64,000 bases of DNA, from assembly GCF_009914755.1 (NCBI RefSeq), contig NC_060929.1; one strand, written 5' to 3'. Made by a program: the position numbers and the translations under genes. The stretch's first letter is position 1, and every line of letters begins with the position of its first letter. A model generated the notes under the pieces. That model ran no database searches. It was not told where the DNA came from and saw only the letters and a list, made by a program, of their open reading frames with translations. This DNA is from the human T2T-CHM13v2.0 reference genome, Homo sapiens. Shown one piece after another: positions 1-14,537 of this stretch.

Positions 1-2149
1 CAATAAAACCTACTAACTTATTGTTTCTGGGTTACCTTTAAAATGGTACCAAGGAAAGGGCCTATGTACATTAATGTATGCAAATAATTCAGGATTTAAC
101 AACAGCATGAAGTTTTTCTCAAAGGAAGAAACACAAACAGATGCTTTCTCATATGCTCTCCAATTTATCACTGTATTCTCTTAAACTCTGGGGTGTTGCA
201 TTTTAGGGTCCTATTAAATAAATCAAAAGGGAATATTATCTGGAATTAGGAACCAGGCAGGACCACGGCTAAAATTAATTCACCATAGTAATCTCCTCCT
301 AAGAAACTCCCCTGAGGGAAAACATTATACGCCCATTTCTGTGGGCAGAGATTTAAATATATCTCCCCTATTAGTTTTACATGCCTAAATCCCCATGCAT
401 TAAAATAAAAATATATCTGTCCTCTCAGAAGAGAAACCTGGAAGTCTGTACTGACCTCTAAATGAATCCAATTAAATTTAATCAAGTTACACATCTATGT
501 TTTAGAGTCCCATTGAATATTTGAGAGAGAAAACTGGTCTAAAGAGAGATGTGCCCACATACATTTCCAAACATTTCAACCCTTGCCTTGCCAATGGAAG
601 GAAAACCCAAACTGAGGGCTATCAACACAGACACATGCACGCAAAAATCCAATCATCCCAACCCCTTCATCTTGAAGCTACACATGCAAACATAATAACT
701 GTGTTCAACAGAAGTGTTGTTAAACATTGGTACCGAAATTCCATTTCATTTCACCTCCAGTGGGTTTGGGGTGGGGGGCACCAAGCATGGTTGGGTTCGT
801 TGAAGATAATATGATACGGAGCTAGAAGCCCTCCTCGGATTTCAAACAGGTCAACTTGTCAAAGCTTTATTTGGGAGCCAATTACATTAATTTTCCACAG
901 CAGCCAAATACATATTTCATTTCCATCTCCCACCAGAGATGGGGTCCAGGGATCCTGTTTCGAAAGGCTCTTATCACTAAGTAACATTCATACCCCCAGA
1001 GGAACCCTTGGCAGCCGGTGGCCCATTGATGTGATTGCACCAGGCCCGGGCTGCCGGATGCTGCTGGGGAGCAGTCGCAGCCTCAGACGCTTAGGGACAA
1101 TGGGGTTTCCACGTCAGCCACATTGTCAATAAATTTCAATTACTGCTAATTGCCAGGAGTTCAATGAGTGCACTTTGAAAGGGGGGAGAAAGGAATATAA
1201 AAAAAGGGAGCTTATGCCTCATAGGGCTAAAGAAAAGGAAGTAATAAATAATATGTGTTTTCTAATGGGGGTATTCAAGTATTTTTCAACATGGCTTAAC
1301 CAGATTTTACAAGCTGTTCCAGCTTCAGGGATCCTGGCTTACATTTCTGTTACTGTCTCCCAACAACGTATACAGAAACTCAATTATGTGGCATTGTATT
1401 GCAGGGGAGATTTAATTTCTGCTTTTTCTTTTTTCACACATCGATCTACCCTGCTTGGGCAGACAGGACGCTGAGTGCATTTGGTGAGGCCATTTTCACA
1501 AACAAATGTGGCTGCTTTAAAAACTAACCCAGAGGATGACAGGAAACTCAGGGTGATGTGTCCTGTTACACATCCTCAAAAAATGAGGACCTTGGAGAAG
1601 AAAACCCGGCAGTGTGCTTGCTCATGGTCACATTTTCATGTTAAAGCCAGGTCGCTTGGCGGTGAACTGTTTTTGTAACGTCCTGGGATCGTGATCCATT
1701 TGTCAGGATCATTCATCATTTCTCACTCATTTTGGTCCCCCCAGGAAAAGAGAGAACAAAGGGTAGGAATGGTTTTCAAGAAGTTTAGGAACGCTGGTGG
1801 CTTTCCGAAGCCTGCTTAGCACCATGGAACCAACCGGAGCAGCAGCCCAGGAAGATCAGGACCGAAGGAAGCTCTCTCCCTGAGGCTGGTGAGCGGAGAT
1901 CAAAGAACCTGGAGGACGTTCACACACTGCATGCGTTTACGTGGCTTGACCCACTTGCTGAAACCTTGGCTGTCTGGACCATAATGAGGCCAAGATGGCT
2001 AAGGAGACAACACACCTGCTGGTGTCTCCCATAACCTAGTTTAAAGGAACTAAATTGGGCTTTCTTCACAGGAGGCATCGTTTATCACAGCTTGTTACAG
2101 GAGAAGGAGCAAGGCAGTGGAGTCAGCTGCAGTGTGGACCACAGCCATT

Positions 2150-2270
2150 AACCTGCCTGGGCCATCTCTTCCTGCGTAAATGGAGATAATAGCAGACCCC
2201 TTCCCTGGCGGACACTGCACCGGGCATTGTACTAAACCCTTTATGTGCATTAACTCATTTCATCCTCAGA
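2150..2270. mobile_element. degenerate MIR SINE fragments in opposite orientations
   Basis: TCTTCCTGCGTAAATGGAGATAATAGC resembles the MIR core (+). GGCATTGTACTAAACCCTTTATGTGCATTAACTCATTTCATCCTCA resembles the MIR 3' part (-). Confidence 0.5.
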
Positions 2271-4299
2271 CGGAATCCTCGGGGTCATCCTTTGTCATCT
2301 TCCAACACAAAACCTGAGCACTAGAGAAAAGTGGTGTTAGTCAATTACACCTCGGTGATACTTTTAAGTCACTGTGTTGCCTCTTCCAAGAATACTTTCA
2401 TTTTAAACAGTATCTCTGCTTATTGAATGAAAAGCTTTGTGCTCTGTGAAGGGGTTTTAAGCATCAAGGAGCAGATGGGAGAAATTGTAATAGCTTGATC
2501 TTTGGAAACGTGGTGCTAATTACACCCTGGGAGGATTAACAAAAGAGAGTGAGGAGGATGACAGCACTTCTGCGCACATCCCAGGGAGGTAGTCACCGGG
2601 CTGTGTTCAATGGAGGATTGTGTCCTGGTGAACAAAATATTCAATAGTGCGATGTGTGATTTTGTGAATGCCTCATGCAAATGAGCTGTCTTTCCTAAGC
2701 ATGACGACAGGGCTATTTTTAATATGGCTCACTGACTTGTCAGGCTCTGATGGGCCTTTAGTTCATTGTTTGGTCACATGACCTGCTCTCCTAATCATCC
2801 CAGATCCTTTATGGCAGAAGGTTAAAAAAAATATTGAAAACATTGAAAATGTGAGAAAGAAATGTGTGGGGCCACTGGACTCTTTGTTCCTCAGAGCGTT
2901 TAGAACAAAACTCAGAGGGCACTCACGTATGTGTGAATCTCATAGGTCCTAAATTCTCTTATCTTGTACTTGTTTATGAAATAATTACACAAATACAATT
3001 CGAAGAAAAGTTAAAATGAGATGCTCCTCATCCCATAAAGCTGCCACATCTCCTATGCTTCTGCTGCTCAGTGGGAAAAGACAGGCCCATGACACAAGGG
3101 CTCTGTCCCCAGATGGTGAGTTTTCTTTGCGGGGACACCTGGTCCTCCAGGCTGTGGCTGCTTCTGTTAGTGCAATTTCAGAAATCCCTGTATCTCAGAA
3201 GATCCTGTTAGCTCTCCAGAGCAGGAAGCGCACCTATTGTGTGAATAAAGCATCTTGGCATTTTTTTTATAGATTTGAAATTAGTTCAACACATCTATCT
3301 AGAGAGTCTGCCTTAAGACGGAATATGCAAATTCTTTCGAGTAAATAGGAAGAAAATTATTAGTGTTTGCATTTCAGCAACAGATAAAATGAAGCAGCAT
3401 TTCATTAATAGAAATCTGGATGTGACTGCAAACTTCCAGGTAACTCAAAGTTATCATTCAGGCGGTGAGAGGAGAGAAAATCACTTGTATTTGGGGCACA
3501 ATAAACCCAAACTTAGATGCAATAGAGACAGATGTGTGTGCTGTAGCCTTCCAGGGAGGCTTTACAGTTTGAGTATTAGAAGGGAGCGACCCTACTGGGC
3601 CAGGAGCAAATTAATCCACTAAATGCATGGAAACAATGAAAATATGAACTAACATGAAAACAAGAAGGTGGGGGTAGATTACAGCGAAACAGAAGAGGAT
3701 TATCTCAATCTGAAATGCAGCATGTGTATGACTAAGGAGGCTGAAAATTATCTTATCTTTGACATTTAGGAAAATTATTTATTTTTACAAATTGAGTTTT
3801 CTTAAGTATTTGCTCCTACCATGGTGCCTAATTAATTATTTATTCATTTAATGTAGCATATGTCAGTGTTCTGCAGCTATCAATTATGGCATTCTGATCA
3901 ATATCCTTAGAGAAATTCATGAGATAGAATGAAAAAGCATCATCCAGACCCTTGAAGAGTGTGCAATATTAATTCCACTCCAAAGGCCCCACCCTTTACT
4001 CAGAAGCAGAATCAGCCCTGGGGGATCATTTAACTCCCAGGGGTTAAAGGACTGGAGTAAAGAAGAATGCTGCTTTGGCCTTCAGGAAGGTTAAATGCCC
4101 ATGAGAACTATTGTCTTGTGTGATTTCAAGACAAAAAACAGGTATAAATGATCATTCCCCAATCCTGACCTTGTTTCTTTAGAGGAAGCCCTCTCTCTGT
4201 TTCTCCCTGAGTTGTCTTTATTATAACAATGGTAAGAATGAGGACGGTCTCACCAGGAGATGCTTGCTGACATCTTCCCAGGCTTCAGGCTATTTTTTC

Positions 4300-4480
4300 A
4301 TGAACTATCACATTCAACCCTCTACAATATTCTATGAGGTAGGATGGGCTCACTATTACTACTGATTCCATTTTAAGAAAAGGACATGGAATCTCAGAGA
4401 AGATATGGAACTTCCTTTTTATAACGCAACTAGTAGATTGTGAAGCCATTTTGAACACAGAACACCTATCGGCTCCAGGC
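4300..4480 (-). mobile_element. MIR SINE remnant
   Basis: CTATGAGGTAGG...ATTCCATTTTAAGAAAAGGACATGGAATCTCAGAGAAG resembles the reverse-complement MIR core. Confidence 0.6.
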
Positions 4481-6528
4481 TGGGTTGTTAATTACGCCTG
4501 TGCTGAACTTTTGTTCCTCATGAACATACTACCCACATAGTCAGGCAGGGCAATCCTCTTGCTGGCTAGAGTTGGACAATATAAGCCTTCAGTGAGCATT
4601 CATCTGTATAGCAAGGGCTGTTAGTAATGTTGGCCAGGTCTGTAGACAGACATCACCATGGATTTTTTGAATGCAACTGCCCAGGATGGACGAGGGAAAC
4701 AGAATGCCAGCAGGGTCTGGATTTCCCGTCACTGAGCACACCTGTGCATGGCTGAGGACACCTGCCCTATCTGGACCCATGGGCTCCCAGACTCCTGTGA
4801 GGACTACAAGAGAGGCTCTGTGGCTAAACCCTATCTATGTGACTACCTGAAGGCCATCTGGGCCACACTATTAGCCTCCTGGCCCCTTAATGCTGTTTTG
4901 CTTTTGATTGTAGAATCCCAAATATGTTAACTGGAGGCAGGCTTTGAGACATCATGGCTGATGATGGCAGAAAGGAAAACCAAAGTGAAAGCAGAGGGTA
5001 ATTCATCTAGGATCTCACTTGATGTGTTTTACATTATAGGTTTCAATAGGTCCCTGTTTTAAGTCCCCTAACTCTATTTTAAGCCCCAAACAGAGAGAGT
5101 TGTGGCTCTAAGTTCTGGGTTTACTGATGTTGTAAAGTGTGATTTCTATTCCTTCCATTTTCAAAAAAAAAAAAAAAAAAATGAAAAGAAAAGAAGCTTT
5201 AATTGTCAGTCATATTCTGTGATTTAACTTATTGTCTGATTCTTGCAATTTTCTTCTCATAGCTCTTAAGGTGCCTGCTAATCCAGCCAAATGGGGCACA
5301 CAGTCCCATGCTGGTTTCAGTGTCTCCACACACAAAGTTGCTTGTCAGTGGTGGCTTCTACAGAATTTCTCAGCAGTTTCGTGCTTTTTTTTTTCCCTCA
5401 CGTGGGAAATAATAATACTTTATATTTACAAGCTTTGAAAGGAGAAATTATTTAAAAACTTAAACCATTGTTAAATTGTGTTTTATTCCTTTTTCTGCTT
5501 CAGCTGTGTATTTGTTTTTATGTTTGACTGAAACTTCCAGTAAATCCTCAAGGTGTTTTTAAACTCCAGAGTAATGACTGCAACACATAGGCTAAGTCAG
5601 CTCCAGAAGTGTGATGTATTAAACCTGGCAGGAGCCTGCTCATTCATCTTTGAAGTGTAGCTGGAGCATCAGTAATTCCAAAAAAGCATTGCATGAAAAT
5701 GAAAAGCCCCCTTATGGCGATGGAAGGTGGTTTTTTGTTTCCTGTCATCATCCATTTGTATCTGCCAATAGCCGCTAGTTAAATCAATACTCCTGATAAA
5801 TACTGCTTGACTGAGGACATAGAGCAAATCATCATTTTTTAGTAATGGATATTTATCTCATGTGTGATAGTATTTATTTTTCAGATATACGCTTACACAA
5901 TTTGTCCCAATTTTATAAGCAATTAAGACAGTTCAATGAGCTACTTGAAATTAAAACTATTAAACACATGATTGTTTGCTTTCTCATCTTTTCATTTTTT
6001 CCTTGAATTAGAATAAATTATAACTGGTCAATATTGGAAGCCTAGGGAAGGGTAGAGGTGGGAAGCTGCTGTTACCCAGCTCCCAGACTCTGGTCCAGCT
6101 CCTTAACTCTGGGCTCCCTGATGTCTCCACCTTCACCTCTCATCCCACGCCTTCCCTAGGCACCTGCACTTGCTCTGTGCTGTGCCCCAGGGGAAGTGCA
6201 GAAAACCAAGCAGCCTTAGACCTGTGGTCCTGGAGCTGGCAGCCACACCAACACATGGGAAACTGCGTGTCTGATTAGTTCTGCATGGGAAGACCAGTGC
6301 CTTGAGATCTACAGCAAGGAGATGTGAGCTGTTTATGGAGCTTGAGGAAGCCTTCTTGAGTGAGCAGCTCTCAGCCAAGGTTTGAATAATTTGTATGGGT
6401 TCCTAAAGCTGGCCTTGAAAAGAAATGATTACAGAAAGAGAGAACAGCCTTGCCAAGTTCCTGAAAAATAACTGTGTATAGTGCAAGACAGTGCAACGAT
6501 GATCAAATGGAGTAAACACAATGAATAT

Positions 6529-6876
6529 TGTATCTGTCCCTTCTCATGCTGCTAATAAAGACACACCCAAGACTGGTTAATTTATAAAGAAAAGAGGTTT
6601 GATTAACTCACAGTTCCACAGGCTGGGAGGCCCCAGGAAACTTACAATCATGGCCGAAAGAGAAGCAAACACATCCTTCCTCACATGGTGGCAGCAAGAA
6701 ATGCCATGTGAAAGAGGGAAAAGCCCCCTTATAAAACCATCAGGTCTTGTGAGAACTCACTCACTATCATGAGAACAGCATGGAGTTAACCATTCTTATG
6801 ATTCAATTACCTCCCACTTGGTCCCTTCCATGACACATGGCGAAGATCTGGGTGGGGACACAGCAAAACCTTATCA
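6529..6876 (-). mobile_element. THE1 (ERVL-MaLR) solo LTR, THE1C/D-like
   Basis: TG...CA termini; CATGCTGCTAATAAAGAC...CTTATAAAACCATCAG...GGGGACACAGCAAAACC matches the THE1 reverse complement; perfect 5-bp TSD AATAT (6524-6528, 6877-6881). Confidence 0.92.
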
Positions 6877-7196
6877 AATATAGAGAGATGAAGGCTGTAG
6901 ACAGACCCAGACTATGAAGGTAGCTGTAGGTCAGATAGTCTTCCTCTCACAAGCAATAGGAAGTAGGAAGTCTTTCTCTCACGACCAGTTATAATTTATT
7001 CTAATTATATTTATATAAAATAATTGAGGAGCTAAAAGGTGGGTAGGGTGGGAAAGGGGGTGTTTATGTTCATATATATATTTTGAAATGATGGCACCAT
7101 CTGGATTATGGAAATTGGATGGAGGAGGATGGAAAAGAGGGCAGAAACCATGCACCAACCCACCTGTGGGGTTAATAACCCTTCAAGCGTGGCCAG

Positions 7197-7266
7197 GCAT
7201 GGTCGTGGTGGAGGTGGCGGTAGTGGTGGTATTGGCAGTGGTGGTGGTGGTGATAATGGTGGTGGA
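7197..7266 (+). repeat. imperfect (GGT)n trinucleotide repeat
   Basis: GGTCGTGGTGGAGGTGGCGGTAGTGGTGGTATTGGCAGTGGTGGTGGTGGTGATAATGGTGGTGG. Confidence 0.85.
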
Positions 7267-9385
7267 TCAAAGTGGATGAATTGGAAAGACATGGAAGATA
7301 AAATTAGCAGGATTTGATGCTGGGATGGATGTTTCCTGGGCTTGGGAAAGCTAGTTAAGGTGAGTACTGTGCTATTACTACATCCAGTGATAATGAGAGA
7401 GGGTCCTGTTTGTAAGAAGATCATGTCTGATTTCAACCAATATAAGGAAGCTTATTTGTAAAGAGAGTCTTTCTGTGGATAATTCTTTGATTTATGTGGC
7501 TACATAGTGCTGACTCTGTGCCAACCTCAGTCTAAGTTCCTTACATGCATTAACTTTATGTTTTCTCATCACAAACCTACAAGGTGGCTCTGACTATTGT
7601 TCCCATGGAGTTTAAGAAGAGTCTGACATGGGTATGAGAACCACAAGTAGTAAGCCGTGGGCCCATGGCCTTCATCATGGGCAAGGCTACCTCCCTCTAT
7701 ACTAGGATGGCTCAACTTGTTCAGGGTTTCAATGTGACACAGTTTTGACTTCCCTACTTCTGTGTTTATCTGCACTTCAAGGAATCAAAATGTCTCCTTT
7801 TCCTGCAAGGCAGTAGCTCCCTTGGCCAGATTCCATAATTTCCCAACACTGTGAGTCTTTTTCAAGTGCTTAAGACTGCAGTGGAGTTCAGCAGAAGACT
7901 CCATTCACATATCCTTCAGCTCAAAACTCTTCTTCCCTCACCTTTGTGCAGACTGGAGCTACAGCTTGGAATGTGGGGCAAATGTGGTGTGGTTCTCAGA
8001 GGAGCCCCTCTTTCACCCAGAGCTTAATTGCCCTAGGGTTGATGTGGGAGGCACCAGGAAGCAAGAGGGAAAAGCAACACTCGATTTAAATGGCCAACTT
8101 TGTTCCTTCTGTTTGCCCCTGGCTCCAAATTTTAGAGGGCTTCTCCATATCAGAAACAGAAAACATATGCATGCACTGAAGAGCATTAAAGTCCTAGGCT
8201 CAGCTTTGGCAGAGAGGCCGGTTTCCTTAAATATCTGCCCTCCTAACACTGCTGAGGCCCCAGGGAAACAGTTCTCCATTTCCCTTGCCCTCTGCCCTTG
8301 CAGTAAAGTCACTGTGTAGGAAGGCTGTGAAAGAAGGTGCGGTAGATACCGCCAATGTCAGGGACAGACACTCTTTTGGAATACAAGCAGGTTTTGAGTA
8401 GTTACATAGGTAAGATAAAAGACAAATTAATTAACCCATCAATCCCTTTCAGAGAAATCATGAACACAACAAATTATTGCAGAATGAAGTATTGTCTCTC
8501 AGAATGCTGAACATTCATTTCTTCCTTCTCCTTGTGTTTGAATTTCTGGTTCAAGAAGTATTCCCAAATAGCACAGTACGCATGGTGGTGTCAGGCAACT
8601 TCACAAAATAGAACAATTCATAATGAAGAACTTAAACTTTTATAAACAGATTTATACCATATATTTATGAATACTAATTGTTTCCATGAGCAACCATATT
8701 ATCTTCATCTTCTCACTCTCTCTCTCTTTCTCTCCTTTTCTCCCATTCTCCCTCCTTCCCTGTTTTTATCTAAGTGAAATGTTTAAAAGTCCATTTTAGA
8801 AAGAAGATAATATAAGACCCCAGGTGTTCTATGTGGGATTCTATGTTATCAAGCCATTAAAGTCAATTTGTCCTGATTCTAAAATCATTGAAGACTAGAA
8901 ACATGAAATAATTTCAGAAATCAACCCAACCACTCAAAAACAATCTAGAATACAAAACCCACATCACCAGTTGATTCTTTCAAAATAATACTCTTTTCAG
9001 GTTTTTGTGTTGATGTTAAGAGGAAATGTAGAAAAAAATAGACATTTTATAATTTGAATAGATTTTTACAGCCTCAAAGTCAAATGACTATTTTAATTCA
9101 TAAACAGACATAACTCTTTCAAGAGACAAAGTCCACTTTTTTTCCACAAAGAAAAGAAAAATTGTGGCTAATATATAACATGATATAAGAAAGTATTTTG
9201 GCTTCCAAATAGAAATGTGAATTCTAGAGTATGTGTAATTTGTCTATGGAGTCCAGAATTTCAGAAGCAGTACCTTTTAGTGTAACCCTCTCTTGTAGTC
9301 ATGAGAAGCATGCCCTGTGATTAGGGCATAGACTGAAGAAGCAGTTGTTTTATCTGCATGCCTAGTTTTGAACCATCAAGCCATC

Positions 9386-9770
9386 TGCATTAGTCTGTTC
9401 TTGCACAACTATAAAGAAATACCTGAAACCGAGTAATTTATAAAGAAAAAAGGCTTAGTTCGCTCAAGGTTCTGCAAGCTGTACAGGCTTCTGCTTTTGG
9501 GAAGGCCTCAGGAAACTTGCAATCATTGTGGAAGTTAAAGGAGAAGCAGGCATGTCTTACATGGCCAGAGCAGGAGGAAGAGGTTGAAGGAGGAAGTGCT
9601 GAACACTTTTAAATGACCAGATCTCATGAGAACTCACTCACTATCACCAGAACAGCAAGGGAGAAATCCACCCCCTTGATCCAATAATCTCCCACCAAAC
9701 TTTTCCCCCAACATTGGGGATTACAATTCAACATGAGATTTGGGCAGGGACAAAAATTCAAACCATATCA
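9386..9770 (-). mobile_element. MST (ERVL-MaLR) solo LTR, MSTA-like
   Basis: TGCATTAGTCTGTTCTTGCAC...CAAACCATATCA; perfect 5-bp TSD CCATC (9381-9385, 9771-9775). Confidence 0.92.
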
Positions 9771-10608
9771 CCATCAAAGTCAGCTAGTTCTGATCCTAAA
9801 TAAATAAATCGATTAGTAACTAAGTATGAATGACATATACTAAGGTGGTTAGAAGGCGATAAACTAGAACATAGGTGTGTTCTTATGAAACTCACAATTA
9901 AGAAAACTATATCATGAGATCTTGAAGGGACCCATTCAAATCAGTTCCCATGCTGACTGATAGACGCCCTATTTAGAACTAATTCAGAAACTGCTTTCCA
10001 CAGGCCAGGCCCGTCTGTTTCTCACAATGTGGTGGCAATGGCCAAAATGGATTATTTCCAGCTTCTGTAGAAACTCCACCCTTTTCAAAGCATTCCTACA
10101 ATCCTTAGGTGCTACCTCACCTGTGCTATGTTGCCCTCACTCAAGCCTGCTACTGCCTCTCTTTTTCACCACCACCCCTGAGATGACGTACTCAGTCACT
10201 TCATGATCTAAAACAGTATGCACATACTGTGTAGGTGCCGATGCCTGCTGAGGAAGTTCTCCCACTGCAGCTGCCTCCCAATAACCATGCTTGGTGGCTT
10301 GCCAGTGTGGAGGCTCTGCGTGCACCAAGGGGACACCCATCCCCCTTGAATGTCCTCTGCTAAGAAACCCACTGAATTCGGGTTCAGAAGGTCACAGCCA
10401 GCTATTCGGGATGTGTGAGCCTTTGCTTACATCATCATTTCCTCCTGCTATCAATGGCACAGGAATCCAAGTAGTGGGTGCCTTAAATTTTCAACCTCCC
10501 TGACATTTGGGGGAAATAACACTTTAGTTTTTTCTTTTTTTCTCTTTTCACAAAATATTTGCCCTGGGGAATATATTCTTGTCAGTGACAAGCACAAACT
10601 ATACTCAG

Positions 10609-11123
10609 TGTATTAATTTTCCAGTGCTGTAGAACAATTCACCACACACTTAGTGGATTTGAACAATGTATATTTATTATCCCACAGTTTGGGTCACTTT
10701 CTCAGGGTCTCACATATCTACAATAAGGTGCCAGCCACGAGGCAGTTTCATCTGGAGGCTCAAATGTTAGAGAAACCACGTTGGACCTCTTTCAGATTGT
10801 TGGCTGAATTTGCCTTCTCTTGGTTGTAGGAGCGTTATCCCCATTTTCTTGCTGGCTGTTGGCCAGTGGCCATGCTCAGCCCCCAGAGGACGCTGCAATT
10901 CCATGTTGTGCAACGCCATTACAACATGACAACTGTATTCTGTGGGCAGGAGAAGTTTCTCTCTCCAGTTTGCTGAGATGGAATAGTCATGGAGGTTGTG
11001 AGATCCCACCACCTTTACCAGGTTATATGGATGAGAAGCAAGCCAAAGTTTCCACTCATCCCCAAGGGGAGAGAGTTACCCAGGGCCCAATTCACTGGGG
11101 GTCACATGGGTGTGTCCACCACA
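10609..11123 (-). mobile_element. MLT1 (ERVL-MaLR) solo LTR, MLT1E/F-like
   Basis: Starts TGTATTAATTTTCCAGTGCTGTAGAACAATTCACCACACACTTAGTGG, contains TTCTTGCTGGCTGTTGGCCAG and ends CCACCACA. Confidence 0.75.
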
Positions 11124-12644
11124 GGAAGCATCCCCTGAACAAAGCCCCAGGTTCCTTTGCCCTCCATGGTGCTTGACATTTTCCAAATGGCTTTATCACA
11201 CCTTATTCACGTAGAATCCTCGCTATGCCCCTTGCCCTGATCAGCCTATCAAGCTTCCTGCATGTCCCCTGACAGCTTCATAAATGCAACTCAGAACCCA
11301 GTGGGTCCTGCTACACTGAACAAAATGCATATAATAATGAAAATTAAAATATTAAGTTTTTCTATATCTTTTAATAAGATAATAATCAGTAGCATTTTAA
11401 ATCTGTGACCTCTTTTCAATCTTCTGCATAAAGATTATAAAAAGGAATACATCTATTTACGTTAAAATTGTTAAACTGTATACATTTTAAAGGGGACTTT
11501 AATAAACTGTAGTAAGGCCCTCTTCACATTTCTACTTCGGAATAGACGCATCCTGAGAGCTTTATTCAATTTATAACTTTTAAGAAATTGACACATAATT
11601 ACTATAATTGAATCTCAGAAGCAAATTCATGTTGACTTTTGATTTTATTAGGGTGATCTCACTGGAGTTCATTCATTCATCAGAATTTTTCATCACGCTC
11701 TTATTACTTGTCAGGAATGAAGAGTGGACACCAAAAATGATAGTTATGGTTCTTGTCCCCAAAGATCTTGTGTAAACCAACCCACACACCTAGTTTCTCA
11801 TTTAACAGGGGCTTCTCCTCCCACGAAGTCTTCAGGGAGCTTTCTGGCTGGGCAGAGAATATGGTGCTGACTCCAGAGTCTCTGAGATGGCACCAGCCTT
11901 ATCACTGCCTGGGGTAAGCAGAGGGGCACCTAGGTTTTCCTTTCACTTCTTGTAGATTCCTGGTCCCAAGTCTCTGAACTTTGCCCTTGCATTTTCTTGC
12001 TGTGCTTCCTAATTCTCTGCTGAGTCTTACTTGCTATTTCCTCACAGGTATGTCTTTTGTGCATCCCCAGACCCAAAGGAATTCTCCAGCTCCTCCTCTG
12101 CCTTGGATAGCAGCGGCTCTGACTCTTTCTTTGTCTTCAGTTTCCAAAAATCCTTTGAGTTTCACCTCCGCATTTACATTTTGGATTCCCCAAGTCCAGC
12201 CTTGCCTTTGCTCCCAGCCCCACAGTCACACCGGGGCGTTAGCCCTAGACATCCCAGAAACCATTTGTCATCATTTAGGTCTCAGAAAGCTCTTAAATTC
12301 TTCCTCTCAATGTATGACTGACTGATTGCAGATTAATAATCACTAATTGATTTCAAAAAAATGTTAAGGGTGGGGAGACATCACTTCTAAATACAAATGC
12401 CAGTGAGAAAGTAAATGAAAGGGAAATGTAATCATATTTTAAATGTGTCTTTTAAAAATATCCATGTAGTTGTTGGTAAATGCCAAGTGTTCCATCAGCT
12501 GAATGAATTATGTTATGAGGCCAAAGCCAAGACACACTGGTACAGCGTGAAGGTCCACAGTATATGGGTGATGGTAGAAACCAGAATAATTAACTTGCAG
12601 TGCCTCCGTTTTCTGATCTGTATAAAGTTTTCAGATATTTTATA

Positions 12645-12857
12645 TCTGTTTTCAAAAGGGATACGTTGTCTCTAAGGAAACATTTGGCAAAGTCTGGAGG
12701 CATTTTTGGTTGTCATAGTTGGGGATGGGGGACTGCTCCTGGCATCCAGTGAGTAGAGGCCAGGGAATGGGAGCATGCCCTGCAGTGCAGGGGGTAGCAC
12801 CCAATACAAAGCACTGTCTGCCCCAAGATGTCAATAGGCTGAGGTTAAGAAACCCTG
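12645..12857 (+). mobile_element. MER20 non-autonomous hAT-Charlie DNA transposon
   Basis: ACATTTGGCAAAGTCTGGAGGCATTTTTGGTTGTCA...GAGGCCAGGGA...GATGTCAATAGGCTGAGGTTAAGAAACCCTG follows the MER20 consensus. Confidence 0.88.
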
Positions 12858-13356
12858 CTTTACATAAAACAGACATTAATGGGGCTGTTAGAAAGATAAC
12901 TGGGGGTTACTTTGACAAATTTGGAAGAAGACTAGTCCGGTCAAATAAGGTATCTAGCTCAAAAGCTACGTGTGTAGCTTATGCTCGGAGAGAGATATGT
13001 GAGGCAACTATGTACAGGATGTCAGAAAAAGTCTCTTTCTTCCCAGGAGACTTCCAAGAGGCACTGTAGATAGGCGGTGTGCAATGGCAAGCTTAAATAA
13101 CCAGGAGGAGGGCAAGAGGAGAAAAAAGACCTGCAGGGTACAACCATCGCTGCTGACAGCCTGACATGCATACACCAAGTAGCCGTGAAGTGATGACAGC
13201 AGACACCTCTTAAACCATAACCGAGTAGGAAATGTAACTTCCAGGCTGTATTCCTCATGTTGATCATTACTGTGATCTATAACAAACTAAAATCCTAAAG
13301 CCTACACTTGTTTAGTTCCTCTATGTTTATGAAAATAAAAAGCTATAGGTTATTTA

Positions 13357-13645
<289 letters not shown>

Positions 13646-14537
13646 AGCTATAGGTTATTTAAAAGTAACTGAATGCAGCAAGAATCTAAGAATGATGCCA
13701 CTCCCTTCCTGGGGCATTAAAGATGTGTTCAACATTTAGAGAATTAGGAAAACTGGTTGTGATAGTCAACAGCAGCAACACATAAATACAGGCACTTAAA
13801 TTACCTCCATGCTAAATGCATAGTTACTAAAAAGAAAATACTCCCTTTGCTTCCAGCAAGAGTGATCTTCTCTCTGTTAGAAGCCAAAAACAACAGCTAC
13901 TAATGGTTCCTGTAAAGGGGCCTCATTGCTGCATTCCTCATTCCCTCAGGTTTGTAGCTGATTTTTCACTCTGGCCATCAGAGGCACTGCCCATCGGCTT
14001 GGCCTGCAATATCTGTGGAAGCATGAGAGGTGTGATTTATTCATTCCAGCCTAAATCTTTAGGCAAGAGTACAAAATAACCCAGCAGAAAGCTCTGTGCT
14101 TAAATCAAAGCAGTGGCTGCAGCCTGACCACACCCTCTTTTTACCTAAGATTAAGACTGTGCTCTTTAAATCAATCCAGATCAGAGTTTTAAGCAAAGTG
14201 TGTTCATACTCGTGGTGATGTGTGCTGGGACATGTTCCTTATCTCTGATGTGACTTGGACCTTAAAGCAAACCAACAGGACAACAAAGGAACGTGGAGCA
14301 TCAACACAGAACATGAAGCGTCATTGTCCTGAAATGCACTCATGTCCTGAAGACTCGAGTGGTGTATTAAGACGGTCCAGTCTAACTGTGAGATGAGTTT
14401 GCCTAGATAAAGAGGTTAGAAATGGAGTCAGTGTTTGTTTTCCTTTCTTTTTTTTTTTTCTTTGCCAGTTTATGCTGGGTTACCCTGAAATATATTTACT
14501 GGTGAGAAAAGAAAGTTTAGTTGACTTACTAAATGTT

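Noticed and set aside
7032-7436. Pro-rich, Gly-rich and Val-rich ORFs
   Set aside because: All are translations of the (GGT)n repeat in different frames, with no coding evidence.
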